From Acidimicrobiales bacterium (GTDB lineage: Bacteria; Actinomycetota; Acidimicrobiia; Acidimicrobiales; Aldehydirespiratoraceae), in NCBI GenBank assembly GCA_965116965.1, contig OZ220743.1, positions 3,958,628-4,022,627 on the forward strand: a stretch of 64,000 bases of DNA, given 5' to 3'. Position 1 is the first letter of the stretch, and every line of letters begins with the position of its first letter. This document shows positions 53,593 through 62,667 of the stretch, in pieces. The notes under the pieces were generated by a model. It was not told the DNA's origin, did not search any database, and worked only from the letters and a program-made list of their open reading frames with translations. A program made the translations under genes and the position numbers.

Positions 53593-54961
53593 CTATGTGT
53601 GTGTCACGTCGATGTCGGCGCCGAGCTGTGTGAACTTGTCCAGGACGCTGTCGTAGCCGCGTTCGAGGTGGTGCACCCCTGACCGCAGGCTGTCGCCTGT
53701 GGCTGTCACCGCGGCGACGGCGAGCCCGAACCCGGCGCGGATGTCTTCCATGACGACTTCGGTGCCGTGGATCTCAGTCGGTCCGGCCACCAGCGCGGAG
53801 TGGCGGTGCCGGCCGGCGCCGAACCGGCAGCCGTTGGCGCCGAGGCAGCCGTTGAAGAGCTGGACGGTGGCGCCCATGTTGTTGAGCTGCTGGGTGCAGC
53901 CGAGACGGTCCTCGAAGACCGTCTCATACACCGCCGACACGCCGTTGGCTCAGGTGAGCGCGGCGGCCAGAGGCGGCTGCCAGTCGGTGGCGAACCCCGG
54001 GTAGGGGCCCGTGGAGATTCGCGATCGGATCGAGGCCTGTGGGGGCTTCTGCTTCGATGCGGCCGTCGGCGTCGATGGTGACCGTCGCTGCGAGGCGTCG
54101 CATCAGCGCGATCGCAGGCGACACGCGGCTCGGGTCACAGCCAACGACCGCGACCTTGCCTTGGGTCGCGTTCGCGGCCGCGAGGTAGGAGAACGCTTCG
54201 ACGCGGTGGCCTGCGATGTGCTGGCGGCTGGGCTGGAGGCGTTGCACGCCGTCTATGACGTAGCGCCCGTCCCTCGGCGGGTTCGATGATGGCGCCCATG
54301 GGTTGCAGGAACTGGATCAGCTCCTGTATCTCGGGCTCGACCGCGGCGTTGTGCAACACGGTGCGGCCCTCAGCTCTCACCGCGGCCAACAGCACCGTCT
54401 CGGTGGCTCCGACGCTGGGATACGGCAGCGTGACGTCGGCGCCGTGCGGCTCTCCCTGTGCGCTGATGCCGTCGCTGTCCACCGTCACGTGCGCGCCCGT
54501 CGCGGTGAGCGCGTCGCGATGGAAGTCCACGGGCCGCAGCCCGATCCCGTCGCCGCCCGCCACAGGCACCCGGGCCTCCCCGAAGCGGTGCAACAGCACC
54601 GGCAGACACAGAATCGGCATGCAGGCTCACCAGCGTCGATGCGTCCACCACCCCACGGCCCGACCCGACCGCCACGCCCGCGCCGACGGCCGCGAGCACG
54701 GCTGCGGTCACGCGGCACATCAGCGCCGGCGGGCACGTTGTCGAACTCGCAGACGCCGTCGGTCAGGCACGCCGCGATCATCAGCTTCGTGACGGCGTTC
54801 CTAGCGCCCGCAACGACAACAGTCCCCGCCAGCGAGACGCTGGAGCGCGCATACCAGATGCGGTCCCGTGTCGCCGCGAACTCCTCGACCAGCGCCGACT
54901 CCAACCCCCGAGAACCCTCCTCGGAGCCACCCGCAGCGGGGGCGGCGCGACGGCGGGCCAA
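53593..54961 (-). pseudogene. murA-like (UDP-GlcNAc 1-carboxyvinyltransferase / EPSP-synthase fold) gene broken by multiple frameshifts
   Basis: MurA-like segments appear in order but in different frames. They are ...LAGTVVVAGARNAVTKLMIAACLTDGVCEFDNVPAGADV (54961 frame), ...VTAAVLAAVGAGV..VVDASTL, and ...LLHRFGEARVPVAGGDGIGLRPVDFH...SVGATETVLLAAVRAEGRTVLHNAAVEPEIQELIQFL (54620 frame). These are followed by ...HRVEAFSYLAAANATQGKVAVVG (54247 frame) and ...EDRLGCTQQLNNMGATV...HHLERGYDSVLDKFTQLGADI (53940 frame). Confidence 0.7.
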
Positions 54962-55297
54962 TGGGCCCCGGAAGCTACCCCAGATCGCGGCGGCGACCTG
55001 AACGGCCCGCCAGGGAGCAGACCCTTCATGAGACCGGGCCAGGATGCGTCTCGTGACCGAACTCGGGCCGGCTGCCGATCCCGCGTCGCGACATGCTCAG
55101 ATGGACGGCGCGCGGCGAACAACCCGACCAAGACCGCAGACTCCTCCACAACAGAATGAAACAACTCACAGCCACCTTCGACGACACGAACCGGGCCCCT
55201 GCGGCCCCGGCAGCATCGCTTGTGCCTCAACAGCGCCAGCGTGAGCACACCGCTTGACGATGCCCACAGCTTTTGGCAACGAGCAGCTGGTCGCGGC

Positions 55298-55645
55298 CTA
55301 TCGGGTGTCGGTGCGGCTGGGCAGCGTTGGTAGATCCTGCCCGAACACGACACTGAAGTAGGCCCAGCCGAACAGGACCGAGCGCATCTCGTCGATCGCT
55401 TCCTGTTCGCTGTAGCCGCACGCGATGGCTCCCCGCGCCGGTGCACACAGCGCGACGAAGCCCTTCGGGTCGTCGATCTGTTCCACCGCGGTGTGCGGGT
55501 GCGCACGGTCGACCCATTCGTGGATGAGACCTTCCTGGTCTCGAGGCAGCCCGGTGGTCGTGCCGTAGCGGACGCGGCCCACCCACCGCCGAAGCCTGAG
55601 CGCCACCGATGCTCGCAGCTGTCGCCACGAGTGCCTCAAACTCAC
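55298..55645 (-). CDS. HicB-like antitoxin-fold protein (start uncertain)
   Basis: The segment ...HTAVEQIDDPKGFVALCAPARGAIACGYSEQEAIDEMRSVLFGWAYFSVVFGQDLPTLP matches the HicB/UPF0150 pattern (...G.va.vP.l.Gc.a.G.t.eEA...). No HicA-like partner was seen. Confidence 0.45.
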   Translation of the reverse strand: MSLRHSWRQLRASVALRLRRWVGRVRYGTTTGLPRDQEGLIHEWVDRAHPHTAVEQIDDPKGFVALCAPARGAIACGYSEQEAIDEMRSVLFGWAYFSVVFGQDLPTLPSRTDTR

Positions 55646-55688
55646 AAGCCGCCTGTGACGCGGGCCCAGCTAGCACCCACACCCAGCA

Positions 55689-55958
55689 CTACGGCCCCCG
55701 CGGATCGGGTATCGGGTCGCCGCGCCCTTGGAGCATCCCGATCGCTTCTCCGACGATCACGCGGATCCCTCGCTCAGCGGCTTGCCTGTCGGCGTCCAGC
55801 CAACCCACCTGCGGGCCGAACTCCTCGCAGACGCCCACCCACTCCCGATCGGGTCCAAACCACAAGACCCCTGCAGGCGCACCGGTCATCACCAGCCACA
55901 ACGACATCCGATACCGAACCAGGACATCGACTGCCTGCACCCCATGACAGCCCCCCAA
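55689..55958 (-). CDS. Second possible HicB-like small protein
   Basis: The segment ...LWFGPDREWVGVCEEFGPQVGWLDADRQAAERGIRVIVGEAIGMLQGRGDPIPDP is loosely HicB-like. An internal ATG (MSLWLV...) is a plausible start. Confidence 0.35.
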   Translation of the reverse strand: MGGCHGVQAVDVLVRYRMSLWLVMTGAPAGVLWFGPDREWVGVCEEFGPQVGWLDADRQAAERGIRVIVGEAIGMLQGRGDPIPDPRGP

Positions 55959-56674
55959 TGTATGCGGTCAGCGCAGAGCCTCGAACCACTCCCACGAAAC
56001 TGAGGGGCCCCGACACCATCGTGGGGACGACCTCGGCGGCCGCCGCCCGCTCTGAGTCTCAGCGAAGACGCTGACCTCCGCGTTTCCCAATCCGCGCCGC
56101 CCCCTTACCCGGGCCTGCGGCACGAGCAGCGGGCCGCTCCCCTATACGAACAGAGCACCGGTTCGGATCGCTCCACTGGGCTCCCGAAACTCGGCTCCGA
56201 TTATGCGCTGGCCGGGTTCGCTCGGTTCGGGAGCGGATCCCTCCCATGGCTCGGATCAGCTTCCGACCAAACCTCGGGGACAGACCCCCAAGTCGCCTCG
56301 ATCCGGTCAGTCTGCTCGGGGTCGGCGCTATCTGAGATCGGGTGGTTCGCAGTGGCTCGGGTCGGGCCCGACGAGCAAGAAACATCAAGCCCCATAGGGC
56401 TCGACGCGTCCAGGCCGGCCAGCTTGCACCCGGATCGGATCAGCTGAACTCGGTGCCTCGGACGGTTCACACCACGGTTCGGATCTGTGTCAGATCCGCT
56501 CGCGTCATGCAGGTGGCGTGCGCGGCTCAGGCCCGGACCCTGACCGGACCCTCGGTCCGGCGCAGGCCTTCGACCAACTCGGTCGCCCGCGTAAGAGCCC
56601 GGTCGAGTCGGCCCGGACGGCTCCCAGACCTCCCTCGACTCGATAACCCCGCGCTCAGGCTCGACGCGTGCTCC

Positions 56675-57110
56675 CCGGTCGGGTCGATCTCTCGCGTGGT
56701 CCCCCGGTGGGCTTCGCGTCGGCCCGGTCGGGTCGATCTCTCGCGTGGTCCCCCGGTGGGCTTCGCGTCGGCCCGGTCGGGTCGATCTCTCGCGTGGTCC
56801 CCCGGTGGGCTTCGCGTCGGCCCGGTCGGGTCGATCTCTCGCGTGGTCCCCCGGTGGGCTTCGCGTCGGCCCGGTCGGGTCGATCTCTCGCGTGGTCCCC
56901 CGGTGGGCTTCGCGTCGGCCCGGTCGGGTCGATCTCTCGCGTGGTCCCCCGGTGGGCTTCGCGTCGGCCCGGTCGGGTCGATCTCTCGCGTGGTCCCCCG
57001 GTGGGCTTCGCGTCGGCCCGGTCGGGTCGATCTCTCGCGTGGTCCCCCGGTGGGCTTCGCGTCGGCCCGGTCGGGTCAGTGTCCCGCGTGGTCCCCCGGT
57101 GGCCTGGCCC
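56675..57110. repeat. Tandem array, 49-bp unit x8 identical plus 1 degenerate copy
   Basis: The unit is CCGGTCGGGTCGATCTCTCGCGTGGTCCCCCGGTGGGCTTCGCGTCGGC. Units start at 56675 and recur every 49 bp to 57066, and a diverged ninth copy follows. The period is not a multiple of 3. Confidence 0.95.
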
Positions 57111-57339
57111 ATGTCGGCTCGATGCTGATGGCCCGACACAACGGCCCGGTCGGCTCGGCTCGAAGGGCTCCGTTCCGGCTCCCGTCGGCTTCCGCTCCGC
57201 GTCGGCTCTCGCTCCGCTTGCTCCCCACCGACTAGCGCCCGCCGGGAGTCCCTTTCGTGTCGGCTTGGGGCTGTCCGAATTGCGTGGTGCCTCATTGTTC
57301 CGGCTCCCGGACTCGTTCCGGCTTCCGGCTTCGCGTGCC

Positions 57340-58470
57340 TATCGGCCCGGCTCCGGGTCCTGTCGGCTCCCGGCCCGCTCCCGGTCCGGCTCCGGGCTCC
57401 GGGTCCTGTCGGCTTCCGGCCCGCTCCCGGTCCGGCTCCCGGCTCCGGCTCCTGTCGGCTCCCGGCCCGCTCCCGGTCCGGCTCTCGGCTCCGGGTCCTG
57501 TCGGCTCCCGGCCCGCTCCCGGTCCGGCTCCCGGCTCCGGCTCCTGTCGGCTCCCGGCCCGCTCCCGGTCCGGCTCCCGGCTCCGGCTCCTGTCGGCTCC
57601 CGGCCCGCTCCCGGTCCGGCTCCCGGCTCCGGCTCCTGTCGGCTCCCGGCCCGCTCCCGGTCCGGCTCTCGGCTCCGGCTCCTGTCGGCTCCCGGCCCGC
57701 TCCCGGTCCGGCTCCCGGCTCCGGCTCCTGTCGGCTCCCGGCCCGCTCCCGGTCCGGCTCTCGGCTCCGGGTTCTGTCGGCTTCCGGCCCGCTCCCGGTC
57801 CGGCTCCCGGCTCCGGCTCCGGGCTCCGGGCTCTGTCGGCTCCCGGCCCGCTCCCGGTCCGGCTCCCGGCTCCGGCTCCTGTCGGCTCCCGGCCCGCTCC
57901 CGGTCCGGCTCCCGGCTCCGGGTCCTGTCGGCTTCCGGCCCGCTCCCGGTCCGGCTCTCGGCTCCGGCTCCGGGCTCCGGGCTCTGTCGGCTCCCGGCCC
58001 GCTCCCGGTCCGGCTCCCGGCTCCGGCTCCTGTCGGCTCCCGGCCCGCTCCCGGTCCGGCTCCCGGCTCCGGGTCCTGTCGGCTCCCGGCCCGGCTCCCG
58101 GTCCGGCTCTCGGCTCCGGCTCCTGTCGGCTCCCGGCCCGCTCCCGGTCCGGCTCCCGGCTCCGGGTCCTGTCGGCTCCCGGCCCGCTCCCGGTCCGGCT
58201 CTCGGCTCCGGGTCCTGTCGGCTCCCGGCCCGCTCCCGGTCCGGCTCTCGGCTCCGGGTCCTGTCGGCTCCCGGCCCGCTCCCGGTCCGGCTCCGGGCTC
58301 CGGGCTCCGGGCTCCGGCTCTCGGCTCCGGGTCCTGTCGGCTCCCGGCCCGCTCCCGGTCCGGCTCACGACGGTCCGGCTCTCGGCTCCGGGTCCTGTCG
58401 GCTCCCGGCCCGTCACCCCGGCCCGCTCCCCGGTCCGGCTCTCGGCTCCCGGCCCGGCTCACGACGGTCC
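57340..58470. repeat. Tandem array, about 46-bp unit, roughly two dozen imperfect copies
   Basis: An example unit is CTGTCGGCTCCCGGCCCGCTCCCGGTCCGGCTCCCGGCTCCGGCTC. The period of 46 bp was measured at 57361 to 57407 and at 57541 to 57587. Units differ by point variants and small CCGGGCT insertions. All frames are open on both strands. Confidence 0.9.
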
Positions 58471-58665
58471 GGCTGACCACCACCACGGTCCGGCATCGTC
58501 AACAGTACAGAAACAAACAACCCGACAACCCGACCACACAACCCGAACGAACGGACAGCACACAAAACCGAACGGAACCCAAAACCGCCGCGGCGAGGAC
58601 CGTACATGCGGATCGTCGAACCCGGGAACCGGACCCGATCCGGGACAGAAAACCTGTACCGGATC

Positions 58666-58935
58666 GGGGCGCTCCGCTGGGAGGGGGCGCTCCGCTGGGA
58701 GGGGGCGCTCCGCTGGGAGGGGGCGCTCCGCTGGGAGGGGGCGCTCCGCTGGGAGGGGGCGCTCCGCTGGGAGGGGGCGCTCCGCTGGGAGGGGGCGCTC
58801 CGCTGGGAGGGGGCGCTCCGCTGGGAGGGGGCGCTCCGCTGGGAGGGGGCGCTCCGCTGGGAGGGGGCGCTCCGCTGGGAGGGGGCGCTCCGCTGGGAGG
58901 GGGCGCTCCGCTGGGAGGGGGCGCTCCGCTGGGAG
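58666..58935. repeat. Tandem array, 18-bp unit GGGGCGCTCCGCTGGGAG x15 identical
   Basis: The array spans exactly 270 bp, which is 15 units by manual indexing. The plus-frame translation reads GALRWE fifteen times in track ORF 58606..59814. Confidence 0.95.
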
Positions 58936-59517
58936 GGGGCTTGCTGTGTGTGTCCCGGCCGGGATTGCTTGTCTTGGGCCAGGTTGCCGGGGATGGCTGC
59001 GGACCTGGAGCAGGGTCGACAGCGAGCCCGCCGGCCTGTGGGGCTGCGGGCAGGCTGCTTGTTGCTGGCTGCTTGCTGCTGGGGGGCGTCGCCGGTCGTT
59101 GCGTGGGGCTGTTGGTCGCGTCCCGGCCGTAGGGGCGTGTTGGGGCCAGGTTGCCGGGGACGGCTGCGGCCTGAGCAGGGTTCAGCGAGAGCCCGCGGCC
59201 GGTGTCGGCTGCGGGTGGCTCACTGGGGGCCTCGCGGCTCTGGAGGGGCCTTGGCCGCGACGGCTGGGCCAGGTTGCCGAGGACGGCTGCGGACCCGGAG
59301 CAGGGCGTGCCGCAGGGCCGGGCAGGGCTGCTCGGCATCTAGCAGGGTGCTGCGCGCTGTCCGCGGGCTGCTCTGTGCTGGCCGCAGGCTGCTGGAGGCT
59401 GGCGAAGCGGCCGGGCTCGTCGGCGCTGTTGCGCTGGTCGGGAGGGCGGGCCACCGAGCGCCTCGGGCTGCGGATCGGTGTGGTTCTCCGGTCCGGAGGC
59501 CTTGTGCGGGGGTGGGG

Positions 59518-60027
59518 TCACGGTTTGGCGCGCGCCCGTTTTGGTCTTTTATTCTGCGCAGCTTCGATTTCGGTGAGGTAGAACTCGAGGAGGGCGCTGA
59601 CGCTGGAGGAGACGGACCAGGCTCGTCTTTGGGCGATTCTTTGGAGTCTTCTGTGCTCGGTGTCGGTGAGTCCGACGACTATGACTTGGCGGCCTGGGAG
59701 GTCGTTGCGGGGGGTGTGGGCGATTTCGTCGGCGTAGCGTTCTGCGGCCATGACGATGAGGTCGGCTCGCTTCATGCCGCTTGCTTTGATGCAGGTGACG
59801 AGGTCGGGGTGTAGGCAGAAGGCTCGCTTCTTGCGTTTGGTGTTGCGTGGGTTCGGGGCGGTGGTCGGGGCGGTGTGTTGGCCGGAGAGGATCTCGCTGT
59901 GTCCGACGACGCGGCCTCGGCCTCCGCGGCCGCGTTCGCGGTGTTGGGGTGTGGCTGGGGTGTCTGCGGGTGGTGGGGGTGGGGGCGCGTTGGGGTCGGC
60001 GGGGTCAGGTGCGGGTGGTTTGGCCAT
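59518..60027 (-). CDS. Partition-type small DNA-binding protein (ribbon-helix-helix-like C-terminal half), downstream of parA
   Basis: The start is taken at the internal ATG at 60027, 12 bp after the parA-like stop. The N-terminus is Pro-rich and basic. The C-terminal half reads ...KRAFCLHPDLVTCIKASGMKRADLIVMAAERYADEI...TDTEHRRLQRIAQRRAWSVSSSVSALLEFYL. The call rests mainly on the gene's position and its beta-strand/helix pattern. Confidence 0.5.
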   Translation of the reverse strand: MAKPPAPDPADPNAPPPPPPADTPATPQHRERGRGGRGRVVGHSEILSGQHTAPTTAPNPRNTKRKKRAFCLHPDLVTCIKASGMKRADLIVMAAERYADEIAHTPRNDLPGRQVIVVGLTDTEHRRLQRIAQRRAWSVSSSVSALLEFYLTEIEAAQNKRPKRARAKP

Positions 60028-60038
60028 GGAGCCGGGGC

Positions 60039-60930
60039 TCAGCTGTCGCTGGCGATGCGTTCGATGTCGGCGATGCGGTCGTTGACCTCTTTGGCGAGCT
60101 CGCGGAACTCCGCTACAACGTCGGGCAGGTTGCGGGCGACGCTGATGCGTTCTGCGATCATGTCGCCTACGGATTTGGTGTCGGCGCGCTCGAGGTACTC
60201 GTGGATGAGTTTGCCTTGTTCGAGGGCGCCTCTTGTGGGCGTTGGGGCGTTGCGGATGATGGTGTGGAAGGGTCCGGCGGCTCCGCCGACGATGCGGCGG
60301 ACTTGTTCGTAGGCCTGGTAGCGCGAGCGGAGTGCTGCGGCTCCGATCTTGTGGAGGGGACGACGCCGAGCAGCACGATTTGGGAGTGTGAGGCTTCGAG
60401 GTCGTCTCTGTGGACTCTGAGGCCTCGAGGTCGTGTGGGTGATCGGTTGCGGCGACGATGAGGTAGGCGCCGACCTGTAGGGCGACGGTGGGGATCATGG
60501 AGGCTCCGCCGACAGTGGGAGGTCTATGACGATGCGGTCCTAGCGGCCGATGACCGCCTCGAAGGCGTCGGCGAACTCTTGTGGGGCCTAGGGCTCGGTT
60601 ACGAGGGCTTGGGCGAAACGGGTGATCTCGCGTCCGGCGACTACGACATCGAGTCGTTCTTTGGCTGCGACGACCTTGAGTGGGTCGCCTCAGGTGACTG
60701 CTTCTACGAAGTGTCGGCCGTGTCCGTGGCAGACGGGGCTGAAGCCCATTGCGAGGGTCGCGTTGGCTTGTGCGTCGGCGTCTACGAGCAGGACACGCAG
60801 GCCGTGTTCTGCGGCCCAGAGCCCTGAAAGTGCTGTCGCGAGGGCGGCCTTGCCTACGCCGCCTTTTCCGACCCCGACAACGAGGCTCTTGGGTATCCGC
60901 TCATCAGTGGTCCTCCATGGGGATCATGAC
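60039..60930 (-). pseudogene. parA-like Walker ATPase gene with lost start, in-frame stops and frameshifts
   Basis: The minus-strand reading is ...IPKSLVVGVGKGGVGKAALATALSGLWAAEHGLRVLLVDADAQANATLAMGF...VEAVT(TGA)GDPLKVV...VTEP(TAG)APQEFADAFEAVIGR(TAG)DRIVIDLP.... The frame then shifts to ...MIPTVALQVGAYLIVAATD... and shifts again to ...FHTIIRNAPTPTRGALEQGKLIHEYLE...EVNDRIADIERIASDS(stop at 60041-60039). There is no in-frame start upstream of the P-loop. Confidence 0.7.
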
Positions 60931-61114
60931 ACAGAATTATTGCCGTCTTATGCCGTTCCTATAACCCTCTTATTGCTTTTGATATAGGTTGGCGCGAAGT
61001 TGGCTATAAGAATGTCCTAGTTCGGCAATAGGACTCTTGGCTATAGCACATCTGTGGTTAATGTCCGTGTTCGGCGGGGAGGGGTCGCGCCGGGGGTCTG
61101 GGGCTGCCGCGGGG

Positions 61115-61242
61115 CGCGACATTGTCGCGACACAAGCGCGCGATAGCTGTGACATTTCCGCGACATCGCTGCGGTGCTCGGGGGTGTGACAACAGCGCGA
61201 CACAAGCGCGCGATAACTGTGACATTTCCGCGACATCGCTGC
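61115..61242. repeat. 15-bp palindrome (CGCGACATTGTCGCG) plus two copies of a 47-bp direct repeat, upstream of the parA remnant
   Basis: The palindrome is at 61115-61129. The repeat CGCGACACAAGCGCGCGATA(G/A)CTGTGACATTTCCGCGACATCGCTGC occurs at 61126-61172 and 61196-61242, with one mismatch and a 70-bp offset. Confidence 0.75.
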
Positions 61243-61534
61243 CATGGGCGCCAAAGTGGTGTCTGGGGCGTCGCCGGGCGGCGTCGGCGCGGCTGTCGCG
61301 GGCCGGGCGCGAGCCGGTTCGCAGTCAAGGTTTCGGCGGGACTCTCGATGGGGCCGCACTGGGGGGTAGCCGGCTGGCGGCGCCGGCGCGGCGGCGGAGG
61401 GTCTGGGGGGCGGCGGGTCGGCGCGGCGCGGCTCTCGACGCCGGCTGCAGGGCGCTGCCGGGCGGGGTCTTTGGGGCTTCGACCGCCTCGGGGAGCGGCG
61501 CCGATGCCCGGCGGAGCGCGGGGCGGGGTCCGCG

Positions 61535-61960
61535 GGCTCGACACGGGCCGCCGTCGGCGGCTCGACGCGGCTGGGCGCCTCGACGCGGCCCGGTGTGGGC
61601 GGGCTGCGGGCTCGACGCGGCCGGGAGCTCGACGCGGCCGGGGAGCTCGACGCGGCCCGGTGTGGGCAGTCCGGCGGCGGGTTGGGGGCTCGACGCGACC
61701 CGGTGTGGGCGGCTCGACGCGGCCGGGAGCTCGACGCGGCCGGGAGCTCGACGCGACCCGGTGCTCGACGCGGCCGGGGAGCTCGACGCGGCCCGGTGTG
61801 GGCAGTCCGGCGGCGGGTTGGGGGCTCGACGCGACCCGGTGCTCGACGCGGCCGGGAGCTCGACGCGGCCCGGTGTGGGCGGTCCGGCGGCGGGTTGGGG
61901 GCTCGACGCGGCCCGGTGTGGGCGGGCTGCGGGCTCGACACTGCCCGGGCTCGACACGGC
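61535..61960. repeat. Dense array of about 18 (G)CTCGACGCGGCC-type boxes with a higher-order period of about 136 bp
   Basis: CTCGAC recurs at irregular 17-43 bp spacing from 61537 to 61950. The block CAGTCCGGCGGCGGGTTGGGGGCTCGACGCGACCCGGTG occurs at about 61667 and about 61803. Confidence 0.7.
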
Positions 61961-62337
61961 CGAGCGTCGGCGCCTCGGCGCCGGGTGTGGGCGCCTCAAG
62001 GGGTTTGACGCGGCTCGGGCTTGACGTGGCTGCGGGGCGGCGCGGCCGGTAGGGCTCGACGCAGCTGCGGGGCGGCGGATCGGCAACAAAGGCTCGTCCT
62101 CGCGGCGGGCGCGGTCTCGGCGCGGCGCGGGCTGGGCGCGGCCCGAGCGGGCGGATCAATCAGGAGCCCCGACGCGGGCCGAACGGGCCGGGGGCGGCTG
62201 CGGGTCCGGCCCGGCGAGGGGCTCCGCAACAGCCCCGTGCATCGCCGCTACGGCGCGCCGCTGCGAGGGCGCTGAGAGCGGCTCCGGCGACCCGCCGCGA
62301 GCGGCCCGCGGGCTGCAGCCAGCCAGCGGCGCCTACT

Positions 62338-62667
62338 TTGACGCGAAAATCCGAATCGGGGGTCCCGGGGAGCCGGAACTCGGGGCCGCCGATTTTCGCG
62401 TCGAGTGCTTCGATCAAAAAAGCCGGAGCCTCCAGAACTCGACGCGAAAATCCGAATCGGGGGTCCAGAACGATCAAAAAATCGGATTCGGGGCTCCGGA
62501 ATCGACGCGAAAATCGGTTTCGGGGCCTTCGCGGGCCTCCCGCCGGGCGCGGCGCGAGAGCCTCTCGCGATCGACGCGGAAATAGGTGCGGAGCCTCCGC
62601 GGGGCCTCCCATCGGTGCTCGCCGCGAGAGGCTTTTCCGATCGACGCGAAAATCATTTTCGCGTCGA
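62338..62667. repeat. Field of GACGCGAAAAT boxes in both orientations, ending in a 27-bp perfect palindrome
   Basis: Direct boxes are at 62340, 62441, 62504 and 62643, with the variant GACGCGGAAAT at 62573. Inverted boxes are at 62392-62402 and 62655-62665. The palindrome TCGACGCGAAAATCATTTTCGCGTCGA is at 62641-62667. The longer unit TCGACGCGAAAATCCGAATCGGGGGTCC occurs twice, and CGATCAAAAAA occurs twice. Confidence 0.85.

Noticed and set aside
56201-59814. Very long track ORFs across the tandem arrays: 56201..58486 minus (761 aa), 56668..58476 plus (602 aa), 57257..59581 plus (774 aa), 57292..58416 minus (374 aa), 58606..59814 plus (402 aa) and 58499..59338 minus (279 aa).
   Set aside because: These ORFs overlap each other in several frames on both strands. 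They consist of Pro/Arg/Gly/Ser low-complexity translations of 46-, 49- and 18-bp repeats, and two of those periods are not divisible by 3. They are open only because the repeats lack stop codons. No start context or domain is visible.
60039-60930. In-frame TGA in the parA-like gene as a selenocysteine codon, considered because selC is in the window.
   Set aside because: The same gene also has two in-frame TAG codons, a lost start and at least two frameshifts. No SECIS-like hairpin is evident. Pseudogenisation explains all of these lesions.
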